NCBI GenBank assembly: GCA_964016885.1
Contig: OZ024740.1
Coordinates: forward strand, 192,324,001 to 192,388,000
Reading direction: 5' to 3'
DNA: 64,000 nt
From: Eledone cirrhosa
Lineage: Eukaryota
Positions 26,547 to 39,210 of this stretch are shown here, one piece after another. Position 1 is the first letter of the stretch. Each line of letters begins with the position of its first letter. The notes below the pieces were generated by a model that saw only the letters and a list, made by a program, of their open reading frames with translations, made no database searches and was not told the origin of the DNA. The position numbers and the translations under genes are program-made.

Positions 26547-27647
26547 TTGATTAAACCGTTTCATAAATTGAATGAATATCTCAAATACGTAAATGTTGGG
26601 TCTAACCCCCCCATCTCTATAATTAAATCTATCCCTAAAAATATTTCCCTTAGAATCTCGGGTCTATCTTCTAACATACAAGTATTTAAGGAACACGCCG
26701 AGTACTACGATAACGCCCTTAGTAAAGCAGGCTACCTCAACAAAATAGAGTACATAGATGGGAACAATCAAAACACCCAAAATAAATCCCACATAGGTAG
26801 ATATAATAACACAACACCAAACCACACTTACTACCATAGTATGCATACCAGTAAACCAACAAACAAAACTAATAGAAAGCGATGCAAAGAGTACTTATGG
26901 TATAACCCCGAATACAATAGTTCCATTAGTACAAATTTACCAGTATTCTTCTTTAAAATAATTAAAAGACATTTTCCCACATCACACAAATACCACAAAA
27001 TCCTAAACCCTACCACTATAAGACTGTCATACTCTACAGCGTTAAACCTTGAACAACACATAAAAAAGATCAATACTAGAAGGTTAAACGAAAACACTAA
27101 GAACTTAAGTACAAAGAACACAAAAAAAACAGTAAACAAAACACTACAGAACATAAATAAACCACACCTAAGTTCGTCCGCAATACTACTCCAGAGAAAA
27201 CCCAACGTACACAACTGTAACTGCACCTATCCTGACAACTGCCCCCTCGGCAATAACTGCCTGGAAAAAAATATTATTTATAAGTGTACCATTAAATCCG
27301 GAGGCAACGAGTGGTATTACGTGGGATCAACGGCAACATCGTTTAAATCTCGATTGTATAGGCATTCTTACTCAATAAAACACCAGAGCCAAAGAAATGT
27401 AACAACTTTAGCAGAAAAAGCTTGGACGCTCAGGGATAGCGATCAAAAGTTTACCCTAAAATGGGAAAAATTAGCTAAAACCCAAAGCTTTTCCAGGAGC
27501 CAACATTTCTGCAAATTGTGTAATCTTGAGATTTATTACATAATCACACACAAGAAGAAACTGCTGAATAACAGAATTGAACGAACATTATTCTGCCGTC
27601 ACAGAACTAAAACCCTTTTTTCCCACTACAAGCCGAATATTACATAA
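26547..27647 (+). CDS. C-terminal part of a PLE ORF (RT thumb, linker, GIY-YIG); open but 5'-truncated
   Basis: PFHKLN..YVN..SNPP, WYNPEY, IRLSYS, CNCTYPDNCPLGNNC, IIYKC...YVGSTATSFKSRLYRH, CKLC, CRHR. Confidence 0.9.
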   Translation: MIKPFHKLNEYLKYVNVGSNPPISIIKSIPKNISLRISGLSSNIQVFKEHAEYYDNALSKAGYLNKIEYIDGNNQNTQNKSHIGRYNNTTPNHTYYHSMHTSKPTNKTNRKRCKEYLWYNPEYNSSISTNLPVFFFKIIKRHFPTSHKYHKILNPTTIRLSYSTALNLEQHIKKINTRRLNENTKNLSTKNTKKTVNKTLQNINKPHLSSSAILLQRKPNVHNCNCTYPDNCPLGNNCLEKNIIYKCTIKSGGNEWYYVGSTATSFKSRLYRHSYSIKHQSQRNVTTLAEKAWTLRDSDQKFTLKWEKLAKTQSFSRSQHFCKLCNLEIYYIITHKKKLLNNRIERTLFCRHRTKTLFSHYKPNIT

Positions 27648-27916
27648 AAGAGGGACATCCCCCAACTATATAAACCTTAATCTAGTTAGAAAAATATAAA
27701 AACAATCTCTTCTCAACATATATTAATAACCTTAAATGACCACACTAATAATGGAAAGATATGCTGATGAGAATAGGTACAAATATGCGATAATGAATGT
27801 GTCTAAAAACGTCCATAAGTATGTATATATATGTGAAAATGTATATAAATAAGTAAATATATATATATGTTTGATGTGTATAGTTAGATGTAAGTGTATT
27901 CATGTATTAAAGTGCT

Positions 27917-28003
<87 letters not shown>

Positions 28004-28560
28004 ATATGTGTATATGGATGTGTATGTATGTGTATGTGTGTACACATGGACTAGAGTATGTATGTATATATGTGTGTGTCTATACGTGTGTATATAAAGA
28101 TAAGTTGAGTATGAAAATGTATACACATGAGCGCGTATGTATGTACATGAATACATGTGTGTATATATATGTGTATGCATGTGTATATAAATGTAAGTAT
28201 GAATATGTGAATTGTGAGTATATGTATTTTGTAGAGGTGTGCAAATATATTTGTTTGTGAATGCGTGGGTGAAAGGATACGTACACTTGAAAGAAAAATT
28301 TAAGTCTGAATGTTAATTAAGTGCAAACACAAAACCAACCACGCATATCTTTACTATCTCTAATCCTTCTATAGATTTAGAAAAATAACCAATAATATAT
28401 TCTATAAAAAATGTCAAAACAACAGATGGGAATCTAATTACTCACTGCCACCAAGAATTCCCACTGCTATCGAAAAACCACTCCTTCAACTATTCTTCTA
28501 ACAACTTCACCCCTCCCTCCTAATATTCTCTATAAAAACTAAATAGGTCCTCAGTAATAT

Positions 28561-28678
28561 TATTCTGATGAAATGACAGTAAATAATAACATTGAAATAT
28601 TGAATGTCTGCATAACTAAAAGTTTGTAGATAGCAGCTGTTTTAGGTTATGTAACTGTTATAGAAACACGTGTCAATA
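28561..28678 (+). ncRNA. Type I hammerhead with extended stem II
   Basis: tatt CTGATGA atgacagt...actgttat GAAA cacgtg TC aata; stem III is ACACGTGT. Confidence 0.78.
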
Positions 28679-28713
28679 AATTCCTTTCAACTAAACTGTA
28701 TCCATTCAAATCT

Positions 28714-28906
<193 letters not shown>

Positions 28907-28907
28907 G

Positions 28908-29234
28908 GAGGCGCATGGCTTAGTGGTTAGAGCATTGGCCTTGCAATCGAAAGGTTGTGAGTTCAATTCTCAGACCGGGTGATGTGTTGTTTCCTTGAGC
29001 AAGAGACTTTATTTCACATTGCTCCAGTTTACTCAGCTGTAGAAATGAGATGATAGGGACTGGGGTCTCTATCATTCCACTGCAAAGTGGTCGTGGAGGT
29101 TCCACGGCAAAAAAGCACCCACCACTCACTGTAAATGAGGTTGGTGTTAGGAAGGGCATCCAGCTGTTAAAATCAAGCCAGAATCAGTTACCGTCCCACC
29201 CTTGCACGCAGGGAAAAGCTGACGTAAAATGAAA

Positions 29235-29238
<4 letters not shown>
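28908..29238 (+). mobile_element. tRNA-derived SINE with CORE-like body
   Basis: A-box TGGCTTAGTGG, B-box GAGTTCAATTC, ccttgagcaagagactttatttcac core, (GAAAT) tail. Confidence 0.85.
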
Positions 29239-29269
<31 letters not shown>

Positions 29270-29271
<2 letters not shown>

Positions 29272-29857
29272 ATTAATCTCCAGAGTCTAGCTATTGAGCA
29301 GTTAATTTTATTGATTTTTTCAGTTACTTATATTGACTGTTGAATAGCTCTGTTATATTTAACCATTCTGTCGAGAGCTTTATTCGATTTGTGATATTTT
29401 GCATTCTCGTAATAATACACAACTGAATCATTCGCTTAATAGAGGTGTTACCTCCCTTGCTGAATCCCACGAGGGGTCAGTAATAGCCACACTATCTATA
29501 GCATCTTGGAGCAAAACCCGTTGATAACACGACTGCCTTGTTCATCATCTCACCAGAAGCCCAACATGCTTTATGTAGGCGGACAGTACCTGATTTGGAG
29601 TCGCAGAAACCAATACTGGATTTTACCATCAGTCCAGGGTCCGGGAAAGTATCAACACATATATTTTTATTGTTTGACCCGAATTACTTGGTCGTTTTGT
29701 TTTGGCTGTGCGGATGATATGTTTAACCATCATCTCAGTGTGTTTGGCCCTTAACGTATGTTGTAGCTCTGATTCATATGATTCATCGAGCGCTTGCCAT
29801 ACATATCGGACGTTGATTTTCGTTAATTCCTGAGCTGAAAACGATTCTCGCTAATTT
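29270..29857 (+). mobile_element. Diverged monomer of the 628-bp non-coding unit at 60.2-61.0 kb
   Basis: Shared blocks tagctattga.cagttaattttatt, tattgactg.tgaatagctc, ctcccttgctgaat and cgattctcg; (TA)n flanks. Confidence 0.7.
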
Positions 29858-29858
29858 A

Positions 29859-29900
<42 letters not shown>

Positions 29901-29902
<2 letters not shown>

Positions 29903-30233
29903 AGCAAATTATAAACGTAAACATGTTAGTATGTTTTTGAAACGCTGCGCGAGTTTGAAATGAGAAATTAGAAATTATAAGCTTTCACCGTATTTTAGAC
30001 TAAAGACATTTCTAGCCTGATAGTGGGGTTTATAACCCTCGGAGAAATGGAAAAAGATGAGTGTTGCCGTACATGGGAGTCGAACCCACATCTTTGGTTA
30101 TCCAGATGTCTGGATAAACAAATATTTTTTTCCACTCATCTTTTTCCATTTCTCCGAGGGTTATAAACCCCACTATCAGGCTAGAAATTTCTTTAGTCTA
30201 AAATACGGTGAAAGCTTATAATTACTAATTTCT
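29901..30233 (-). mobile_element. Short inverted insertion containing a tRNA-like B-box segment
   Basis: 101-bp inverted arms at 29963-30063 and 30133-30233; GGTTCGACTCC on the minus strand at 30076-30086; tail at 29901-29962. Confidence 0.7.
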
Positions 30234-30271
30234 AATATATATATATATATATTTATATATGTATATATATG

Positions 30272-30341
<70 letters not shown>

Positions 30342-31129
30342 GATGACTGCAAACTCTGCTAAGTGTATTGCAATCGCTTCTTAGATTATAGAGTGTGGTG
30401 CACTTTTAGGCTACGGCCAGCCATACGAACCTGTATCATATGCTGAACATACAGTGCCTGTGCTTTGAAGGTTTTTTAAGTGGGGAATAGCCTTTCACTC
30501 GACCAATCCCACTCTCTGAGCATCGAAAACACTATTCGAAAAGGAGACTGGTCGCCACCATTGGATACTTCCGAAGCCGCATGTTTTTTTTCAGACTATT
30601 CTTCTCCTAGAAAGGTGTTGTGATAACACCTGGGGCCTTTCTCTTTATTCTGAGAGGGTCGTGGGGACCGAGTCCTCAAACACTTCTTCCATCGGATCCT
30701 GTCAGGAACAACAGTCTATAACCTATCCGGCTGGAGTCCCAAGCAAGACCAGCCAAGTTCAAGGATATTATCCAAACATCTTTGCTTGGAATCTACCCCG
30801 GTTCTCCTGCTGGATGATTTTACCCGTAAAACCTGTCCAGTGTTTCTTTCCTGAGACAGAGTAACCACATGCTAATATTATCGGAGATATAGACATTGAA
30901 AGCAACAGAATCATCGCTGAAAAGAACACGATCCCCCAAACACAGCCTCTTCCGTTATTTTTTCACCGCGGAAGATGTATATGTGCACAAAATTACAGAT
31001 CAAATGTTACGTGTGCTGATGTTATCATTGTCTGATGGTGGGGTCCTAGATTATCCTTTTGTGACCTTTATGCATATGTGAGGATGTAGACTTGTACTAA
31101 TAATAGTGGTGATGTTGAGATAGCTATAA

Positions 31130-32130
31130 TCTGGGAAGGATTGCAAAATAGTTTAACGTTATTATAGGAAATGGGAAGGAAATACCTGACTGATTGACAA
31201 ATGACTGACGTTTTATGCATGAAATACGTGGAAAAGGGTAACACTGTCGAGAACCCTAGACTAATATCTTGTTTACCACTCATGTGGAGGCTATTCACAG
31301 TGACAATCACGGATAAGATTTTCAAGCCATTGAATAAGACCAACGTTCTTCCAGAAAAATAGAAGGGTTGTAAACGAAAATGGAGAGGCACTAAAGATCC
31401 GTTGCCAATTGATAAGACACTCTAAAAGATCGAAGACTAATCTCACTATGCCATGTATTGATTAGTAAAAGACATATGATTTGACTCCACACTCACAGAT
31501 TATCGAATGCCTAAAAGTATACGGAATTGCAAATAAATATAATTGATTTTATAGGTAAAAGTATGGAAAATTAAAAGACCTATTTAGTAAATAATAGACG
31601 GTTGGTTTCAACTGAAATCAAGAGAGGCATATTTCAATGAGATACTTTGTTTCCATTTCTTTTTATATAGAGAATGATGCCACTGGCGATGGTGTTGAGA
31701 AGAGCTAAAGCTGGGTAGGAGTTTAGGGAACGACAGCAAATAGTCAATCATCTATGGTTCATGGGTGATCTGAAATTATACGGAAAAATCGGATCCCAAA
31801 TTATTTCACTTACAGACATAGTGCATGGCTTTAGTTTGGACAGCTGAATGGAATTTGGCTTACAGAAATGTGGTGTACTCATTCTGAAGCAAGGCAAGAT
31901 GAAACATGAGGATAGAATAGCAATAATATCAGGAAACGTCACGAAATAAATAAATGATAACAGCTACAGATATCAAGAGAAGTATGGAAAATAATAATTT
32001 GATGGAATAGGAAATGAAAACCAAGTTTACAGAAGAATACTGAATACTGGCAGAAACAAATATGAAACGCTTAATATTTGGACAGTATCATTGATAATCT
32101 AGGGTGTTGGGATGATTAGATGAACAGTAG
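31130..32130 (+). pseudogene. Degraded R4/Dong-clade non-LTR reverse transcriptase
   Basis: KGNTVENPRLISCLPLMWRLFT, KGCKRKWRGTKD, IKRGIFQ*D, NHLWFMGDLKLYGK, with many stops. Confidence 0.8.
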
Positions 32131-32490
32131 ACCAGGGATGGCGTAAACATTTCTGAATTGGGTTCCAAATTTGGAAAATTTAGTTGTGGCGATTAGTGTA
32201 GCTCTTTGGACTCAACAACGTTCAGAAAACTTCGATATGCAATAAATGTCATTTATATAAATTGTAGCGCATATCGAAATGGATATCCGTTTTGGTATTT
32301 TGGGGATAAAAACATAATTATTTGGCACACACCCAGTTCCATCGCCCCCCTATATAGATATCTATATATAATGTAAAAAGAAATAATACTATGTACCCTT
32401 TCCTAAGTGATTGATATATCGAGCTTCATCGCATTTGGTAATACACTGGTAATATACCTTATTTATATATATATATGTATATATATATAA

Positions 32491-32544
<54 letters not shown>

Positions 32545-33118
32545 TGAAACAAAATGAAAACGAAATTTCATTTCTCACTCTTAGTATGGCACTTACTTAA
32601 ATGTAAGTATGCATGTATACGTACATACATATATGTATACAGACGTACAGTAGCATGCACATATATATATATATATACATATATACATACATATGCATAC
32701 AGGTACACATACATATATGCACGTATCAGTTTAGCGGCGCTAACGTCGCTTTGTTCGTTTGTAAACAAACTGAACAGCCTGAATTTATGCCATACGGTGT
32801 TAAGGCAACCACGTCACCTTTTTGTTCAACACTGTATATACTTTTTGTTCAACAAGTATATACTTTCGAACGTTCAACTATCTGGCAGATGGGTAAACGG
32901 TGCTGATGATAGCTAACAAGCTTGAAACTAGTACATCGTTCCTGTGTCAGTGTTGAACAAAAAGGTGACGTGGTTGCCTTAACACCGTATGGCATAAATT
33001 CAGGCTGTTCAGTTTGTTTACAAACGAACAAAGCGACGTTAGCGCCGCTAAACTGATACGTGCATATATGTATGTGTACCTGTATGCATATGTATGTATA
33101 TATGTATATATATATATG

Positions 33119-34363
33119 TCAGGTCACCACTTGGTGCTACTGGTAACATGTATCCCAGTACAACCTGTCTCATGGTCGGGTCGTTGGCGACTAAACTGGC
33201 AACCCCACCAAGGTTTCTCGGTGAGGAGGGTGACTTTGGACATCCTGCAGGACTAAAAACAAAACCTGTCAAAGGGCAAAGGAGCTCTTAAGAGTCAATG
33301 GCCATCCAAAATCACTGGGAGAGATGACCCCTTAGCCTTTGTCAAGGCAGAATTCTAGGAGAGGGAAAACTCTGATATAACACCTGCAACCCTGATGGTA
33401 TCCAATGATGTTGACTTGTTCTTCTTTTTGGTAAATATCATCTTGGTTAAGAGAGTGGGACTGGCTTTGTGCAGTGCCTTTGCTCACTATAAAAGCTTCA
33501 CGGCACAGGCATTGCTTTATATCTGGAGATCTCTCTGCACTTGTCGTCGCATGGTACCAAGGGCCCAGCACTATGTGTCAATAATTGTCACAGGTGTAGT
33601 GTTTGTACCAGAGTTTTCAAGTCGCTGGCTGGACTAAAAAGTCACACTCGTTCAGCGCATCGGTAGGGGTTCTCCTACATGGATATAAAGTAGTGGCCGT
33701 ACTCGAAAACGAGTTGGCAGCCACCATATATATATGTATGTATATGTGTATATATGTATGTATATGTATGTGTATGTATATATGTATGTATATATGTATG
33801 TATGTGTGTATGTATATATGTATGTATATATGTATATATGTGTGTATGTATGTGTATATATATGTATGTATGTGTATATGTATGTATGTATGTATGTATA
33901 TATATGTGTGGCCATCCAAAATCACCGGGAGAGATGACCCCTTAGCCTTTGTCAAGGCAGAATTCTAGGAGGAGGAAAACTCTGATATAACACCTGCAAA
34001 CCTGATGGTATCCAATGATGTTGACTTGTTCTTCTTTTTGGTAAATATCATCTTGGTTAAGAGAGTGGGACTGGCTTTGTGCAGTGCCTTTGCTCACTAT
34101 AAAAGCTTCACGGCACAGGCATTGCTTTATATCTGGAGATCTCTCTGCACTTGTCCTCACATGGGCCCAGCACTATGTGTCAATGGTTGTCCTACCATGG
34201 GCCCAGCACTATGTGTCAATGGTTGTCACAGGTGTAGTGTTTGTACCAGAGGTTTCAAGTCGCTGGCTGGACTAAAAAGTCCACTCGTTCAGCGCTTCGG
34301 TAGGGGTTATCCTACATGGATGTAAAGTAGTGGCCGTACTCGAAAACGAGTTGGCAGCCACCA
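33119..34363 (+). mobile_element. Bipartite non-autonomous RTE-derived element plus a truncated tandem copy
   Basis: RTE 5'UTR-type motif ctaggagagggaaaactctga; RTE C-terminal CSVC...GLKSH zinc finger; 3' end actcgaaaacgagt; copies at 33119-33726 and 33909-34363. Confidence 0.7.
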
Positions 34364-34618
34364 TATATATATATATATGTGCATGCTACTGTACGTCTGT
34401 ATACATATATGTATGTACGTATACATGCATACTTACATTTAAGTAAGTGCCATACTAAGAGTGAGAAATGAAATTTCGTTTTCATTTTGTTTCAATTTAT
34501 CGTTTTCGGTATGCCTGACCGATTTAACTCACTCAATATGCAAATTGGGCTGCTCAGCCGTTAATTTTCATAAGGAAAGTATATACTTTCGAACGTTCAA
34601 CTATCTGGCAGATGGGTA

Positions 34619-34663
34619 AACGGTGCTGATGATAGCTAACAAGCTTGAAACTAGTACATCGTT
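34619..34663 (+). ncRNA. Minimal type I hammerhead (representative of 6 copies)
   Basis: aacggtg CTGATGA tagct-aaca-agctt GAAA ctag TA catcgtt; stem III is the palindrome ACTAGT; predicted GUA cleavage after 34656. Confidence 0.85.
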
Positions 34664-36303
34664 CCTGTGTCAGTGTTGAACAAAAAGGTGACGTGGTTGC
34701 GTTAACACCGTATGGCATAAATTCAGGCTGTTCAGTTTGTTTACAAACGAACAAAGCGACGTTAGCGCCGCTAAACTGATACGTGCATATATGTATGTGT
34801 ACCTGTATGCATATGTATGTATATATGTATATATATATATATATGTGCATGCTACTGTACGTCTGTATAAATATATGTATGTACGTATACATGCATACTT
34901 ACATTTAAGTAAGTGCCATACTAAGAGTGAGAAATGAAATTTCGTTTTCATTTTGTTTCAATTTATCGTTTTCGGTATGCCTGACCGATTTAACTCACTC
35001 AATATGCAAATTGGGCTGCTCAGCCGTTAATTTTCATAAGGAAAGTATATACTTTCGAACGTTCAACTATCTGGCAGATGGGTAAACGGTGCTGATGATA
35101 GCTAACAAGCTTGAAACTAGTACATCGTTCCTGTGTCAGTGTTGAACAAAAAGGTGACGTGGTTGCCTTAACACCGTATGGCATAAATTCAGGCTGTTCA
35201 GTTTGTTTACAAACGAACAAAGCGACGTTAGCGCCGCTAAACTGATACGTGCATATATGTATGTGTACCTGTATGCATATGTATGTATATATGTATATAT
35301 ATATATATATATGTGCATGCTACTGTACGTCTGTATACATATATGTATGTACGTATACATGCATACTTACATTTAAGTAAGTGCCATACTAAGAGTGAGA
35401 AATGAAATTTCGTTTTCATTTTGTTTCAATTTATCGTTTTCGGTATGCCTGACCGATTTAACTCACTCAATATGCAAATTGGGCTGCTCAGCCGTTAATT
35501 TTCATAAGGAAAGTATATACTTTCGAACGTTCAACTATCTGGCAGATGGGTAAACGGTGCTGATGATAGCTAACAAGCTTGAAACTAGTACGTCGTTCCT
35601 GTGTCAGTGTTGAATAAAAAGGTGACGTGGTTGCCTTAACACCGTATGGCATAAATTCAGGCTGTTCAGTTTGTTTACAAACGAACAAAGCGACGTTAGC
35701 GCCGCTAAACTGATACGTGCATATATGTATGTGTACCTGTATGCATATGTATGTATATATGTATATATATATATATATGTGCATGCTACTGTACGTCTGT
35801 ATACATATATGTATGTACGTATACATGCATACTTACATTTAAGTAAGTGCCATACTAAGAGTGAGAAATGAAATTTCGTTTTCATTTTGTTTCAATTTAT
35901 CGTTTTCGGTATGCCTGACCGATTTAACTCACTCAATATGCAAATTGGGCTGCTCAGCCGTTAATTTTCATAAGGAAAGTATATACTTTCGAACGTTCAA
36001 CTATCTGGCAGATGGGTAAACGGTGCTGATGATAGCTAACAAGCTTGAAACTAGTACATCGTTCCTGTGTCAGTGTTGAACAAAAAGGTGACGTGGTTGC
36101 CTTAACACCGTATGGCATAAATTCAGGCTGTTCAGTTTGTTTACAAACGAACAAAGCGACGTTAGCGCCGCTAAACTGATACACATGCATATATGTATGT
36201 GTACCTGTATGCATGTGTATGTATATATGTATATATATATATATATATGTGCATGCTACTGTACGTCTGTATACATATATGTATGTACGTATACATGCAT
36301 ACT

Positions 36304-36375
<72 letters not shown>

Positions 36376-36380
<5 letters not shown>

Positions 36381-37057
36381 ATACTTGGGGAGGGTCATAT
36401 TTGTGTCTATATTGTATCTGAATAATTCTGGAAATATTACACAAATATGACCGTCCCGTGTAGAATCTACACACAGAAAAGATGCAATGTTTAGACAAAT
36501 TACAGAGGCAATAAACATAAAAGAATTACAACCAAAATTAAATAGAAAATGTGAGTGGAACAGCAACATCACAACTTACAATTAAGGACAAAATGAAAAC
36601 ACACACACACATAGAATAAACAACCAACCAATAACATGTAATTAAATAAACAAATAGATAAATGAACACAAACACACACAGACACCCGGATGTGGCGCAT
36701 ACGCAAACTGAGCACACAACACACACACAGAAACAAAATGGCGTAGGACAGAAGAAAGGAAAGGCACAGAAACAAAGAAAGGAATCCCCAGTCACTGAAG
36801 AGATCACAGAGTGTGTGACGAAAGGACTATGACTATATATAAACAACTATCTGGTTGTGGAACCAATCAACCAACCAGAAATTTATAAATTTGTAGATTT
36901 GTAAATTTATAAATTTATAAATATATAATAAATTGAAGTGAAAGCAACTGGTGCGTGTGTTTCTTATTGGCAACATGACCCTCCCAAAGTATAACAATAT
37001 CGGTTTCAACACACGATTTCAGATTAAGAATCTTGCTAAACAAATTCAGAAACGAAA
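36376..37057 (+). mobile_element. Short 3' copy of the 7.9-9.8-kb PLE
   Basis: ESTHRKDAMFRQITEAINIKELQPKLNRK, HHR at 36790-36834, tail; short inverted terminus at 36376-36406. Confidence 0.88.
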
Positions 37058-37419
37058 TATATATATATATATATATACTTATATATATATATTTATATTT
37101 ATATTTATATTTATATATACATTGATTTATTATGGCTATTGGTGAGCTGCCTCACTCTAACGTTTCGCCTGCGCACTCACAGGATCAGCAGTCATATAAG
37201 TTCGCAGGTGAAACTTCAGACAAACAAGACTTATCACTTTGTCATAATAAATGTATATTTAAACTCTATTTCGGTATTGAGTTTGCATTCTTACGTCTGT
37301 CAATAATTTGCGTACTCTCAGATCTAATTATTTTATTTTACATTAAAACAACATTATATACAACAAAAAAATGACATTACAAGTAATCCCATATTTACGA
37401 ACATAAAACAATTACCGGA

Positions 37420-37950
37420 ACTCTCCTTCACCCCCCTCTCTATATCAATAAACATCTATCTCTCCCATTCTCTATATTTAATATACAACAAGCCCATTCC
37501 CTCTCAGTTTAACCATCATGAACAAACTCTTACTCTCTCTCTCTATCTATCAATACTTATCTCTATCATTCTTCTCACTCTATTCATTACCACAAAACTC
37601 TCCTCTTCTCTATAACTACTACAGTGAACGTTTTAGCAATCACCCGCTCTATTTCAACACCAAACCCTCCCTCTCTCTATCTACTACACAGAAGTCGCTT
37701 CCAATAACCCTCTCTATATCAATTAACACCTAACCCTCCCCTGTCTATATGTACTACACAGAACTCTTTTCCAATACCACTCTCTATGTCTACCTCAGAG
37801 AACTCTCTTCTAATCGTCATCTCTATACAAATTAACCCCCCCCTCTATATCTAACATACAACTCACTCGACCAACCTTCCTCTCTATATCAATTACCGCG
37901 AAACTCTCCCACTTGCTATATCCATATATATATCTCCCATCTATCACGTT
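37420..37950. repeat. Degenerate CT-rich tandem repeat (ctctctatatcaatta motif)
   Basis: Recurrent ctctctatatc/aactctc motifs. Confidence 0.55.
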
Positions 37951-37979
37951 CATATATTGTAACTCATATACAAATAGAT

Positions 37980-38940
37980 GTTTGTTTTGGTATTCTTGTA
38001 GACGAGTTAAAATGTATTCGAAGGAGTGATGCTAACAGATTCTACTTGTTACGAAAGAAAGGAGAGAGGGAGTTATCAGCTGATGTGAAGGATGTGTGAG
38101 AGCAGAAGAGAATAGTATAGCCTGGTATATGAAGAATACCATCGAACCATTGTTGTTGGATGTGAACAATTCAAATTTGAAAAAAATTGAAGATTGCAAA
38201 GAAAAACGGATTAGAAGATGGAGAAGTGAATTGTGACTGAAACGAGAGGGAAAGAAAATAAGTTAAACATGCGATTTTACACGGGCGCAGACGAGGTGGC
38301 TGTGGATGCAGAAATGTGACCTGAAAACCGAAGCAGAAGATTTAACTTGTGCAGTATATGGGAATGCCCCATGTACAAATTATATTAAGTACATGATTGA
38401 CAATATAGGTGAAGCAAAAAAGTATAGGATGTGCGTAGATAAAGACGAAATGTATGGTATATCTCCAGTTAGTGCACAAAGCTGACACAGGAATACAATC
38501 GATATCAAGATATCGTAGTAAAAATAATTCATTGGAAGGTTTGGGGAAAACACAGCCTCGAAACAGAAAGCCAGTGGTATGAACGCCAACCAAAAGGTGT
38601 TGTGGAAAATGACCACGTAAGATTCTATGGGGCGTTATTATCCAATGTGACCATTAAAGTTGAACATCGCAAACTAGATATTGTGGTGATTAACAAAGTT
38701 AACAACAGTGTTATATTCTGGATGCAGCTTTCCCACTGACAATAAGATTTAAGACCAAGAATTACAGAAGGTTGAGAGATAGGAAACGTCGAGATAAACC
38801 GTTTGTGGGCAAAGGAATTGGTTGAGATAGACCCATTTGTAATCGCAAGCACCAAAATTGAAAATAATGTTTAACAATTCAGGCAGACATTAGAGTGGGG
38901 ACCTCTAAACAGCTGGAATATCTTTTTTTAATGTCCTTGA
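37980..38940 (+). pseudogene. Degraded R4/Dong C-terminus (zinc knuckle + RLE endonuclease)
   Basis: NRFYLLRKKG, LKTEAE, IIHWK, WYERQPKGVVEND, EHRKLDIVVINK. Confidence 0.75.
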
Positions 38941-38999
38941 CGTCCGTATTACATTAACACCAACACTTACTGGATAACTAGCGGAAAATAATAAGAATA

Positions 39000-39210
39000 A
39001 TGGTTTCATATATAGGCACAAGGCCAGAAATGTTCGGGTACGAGGAAGTCGATGTAATCGACCCCAGTGCGTTACCGGTGCTTTATTTTATCGACCTCGT
39101 AAGGATTAAAGGTAAATTCAACCTCGGCAGGATTTGAACTCAGGCCGTAAAGGGCCTTAACTCTATTATGCAAAGCATGACATCCAACCGATACTGACAA
39201 TCCACTACCC
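39000..39210 (-). mobile_element. tRNA-derived SINE
   Basis: Reverse B-box ggatttgaactc and the family body. Confidence 0.8.

Larger units (their letters stand above)
32541..36308 (+). repeat. Retrozyme-like tandem array of 466-470-bp units with an inverted terminal arm
   Basis: Unit marker gcatgctact at 34381, 34847, 35315, 35781 and 36251; HHRs at 32896, 34619, 35085, 35553 and 36019; inverted arm at 32541-32833; interrupted at 33119-34363. Confidence 0.93.

Noticed and set aside
34381-36308. CRISPR-like regular spacing in the tandem arrays
   Set aside because: Whole units are repeated, with no unique spacers and no cas genes; eukaryotic context.
37162-37222. Hammerhead around the gtttcgcctgcg/cgcaggtgaaac hairpin
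   Set aside because: Core reads CTGAAGT and stem I does not pair; at most a decayed motif.
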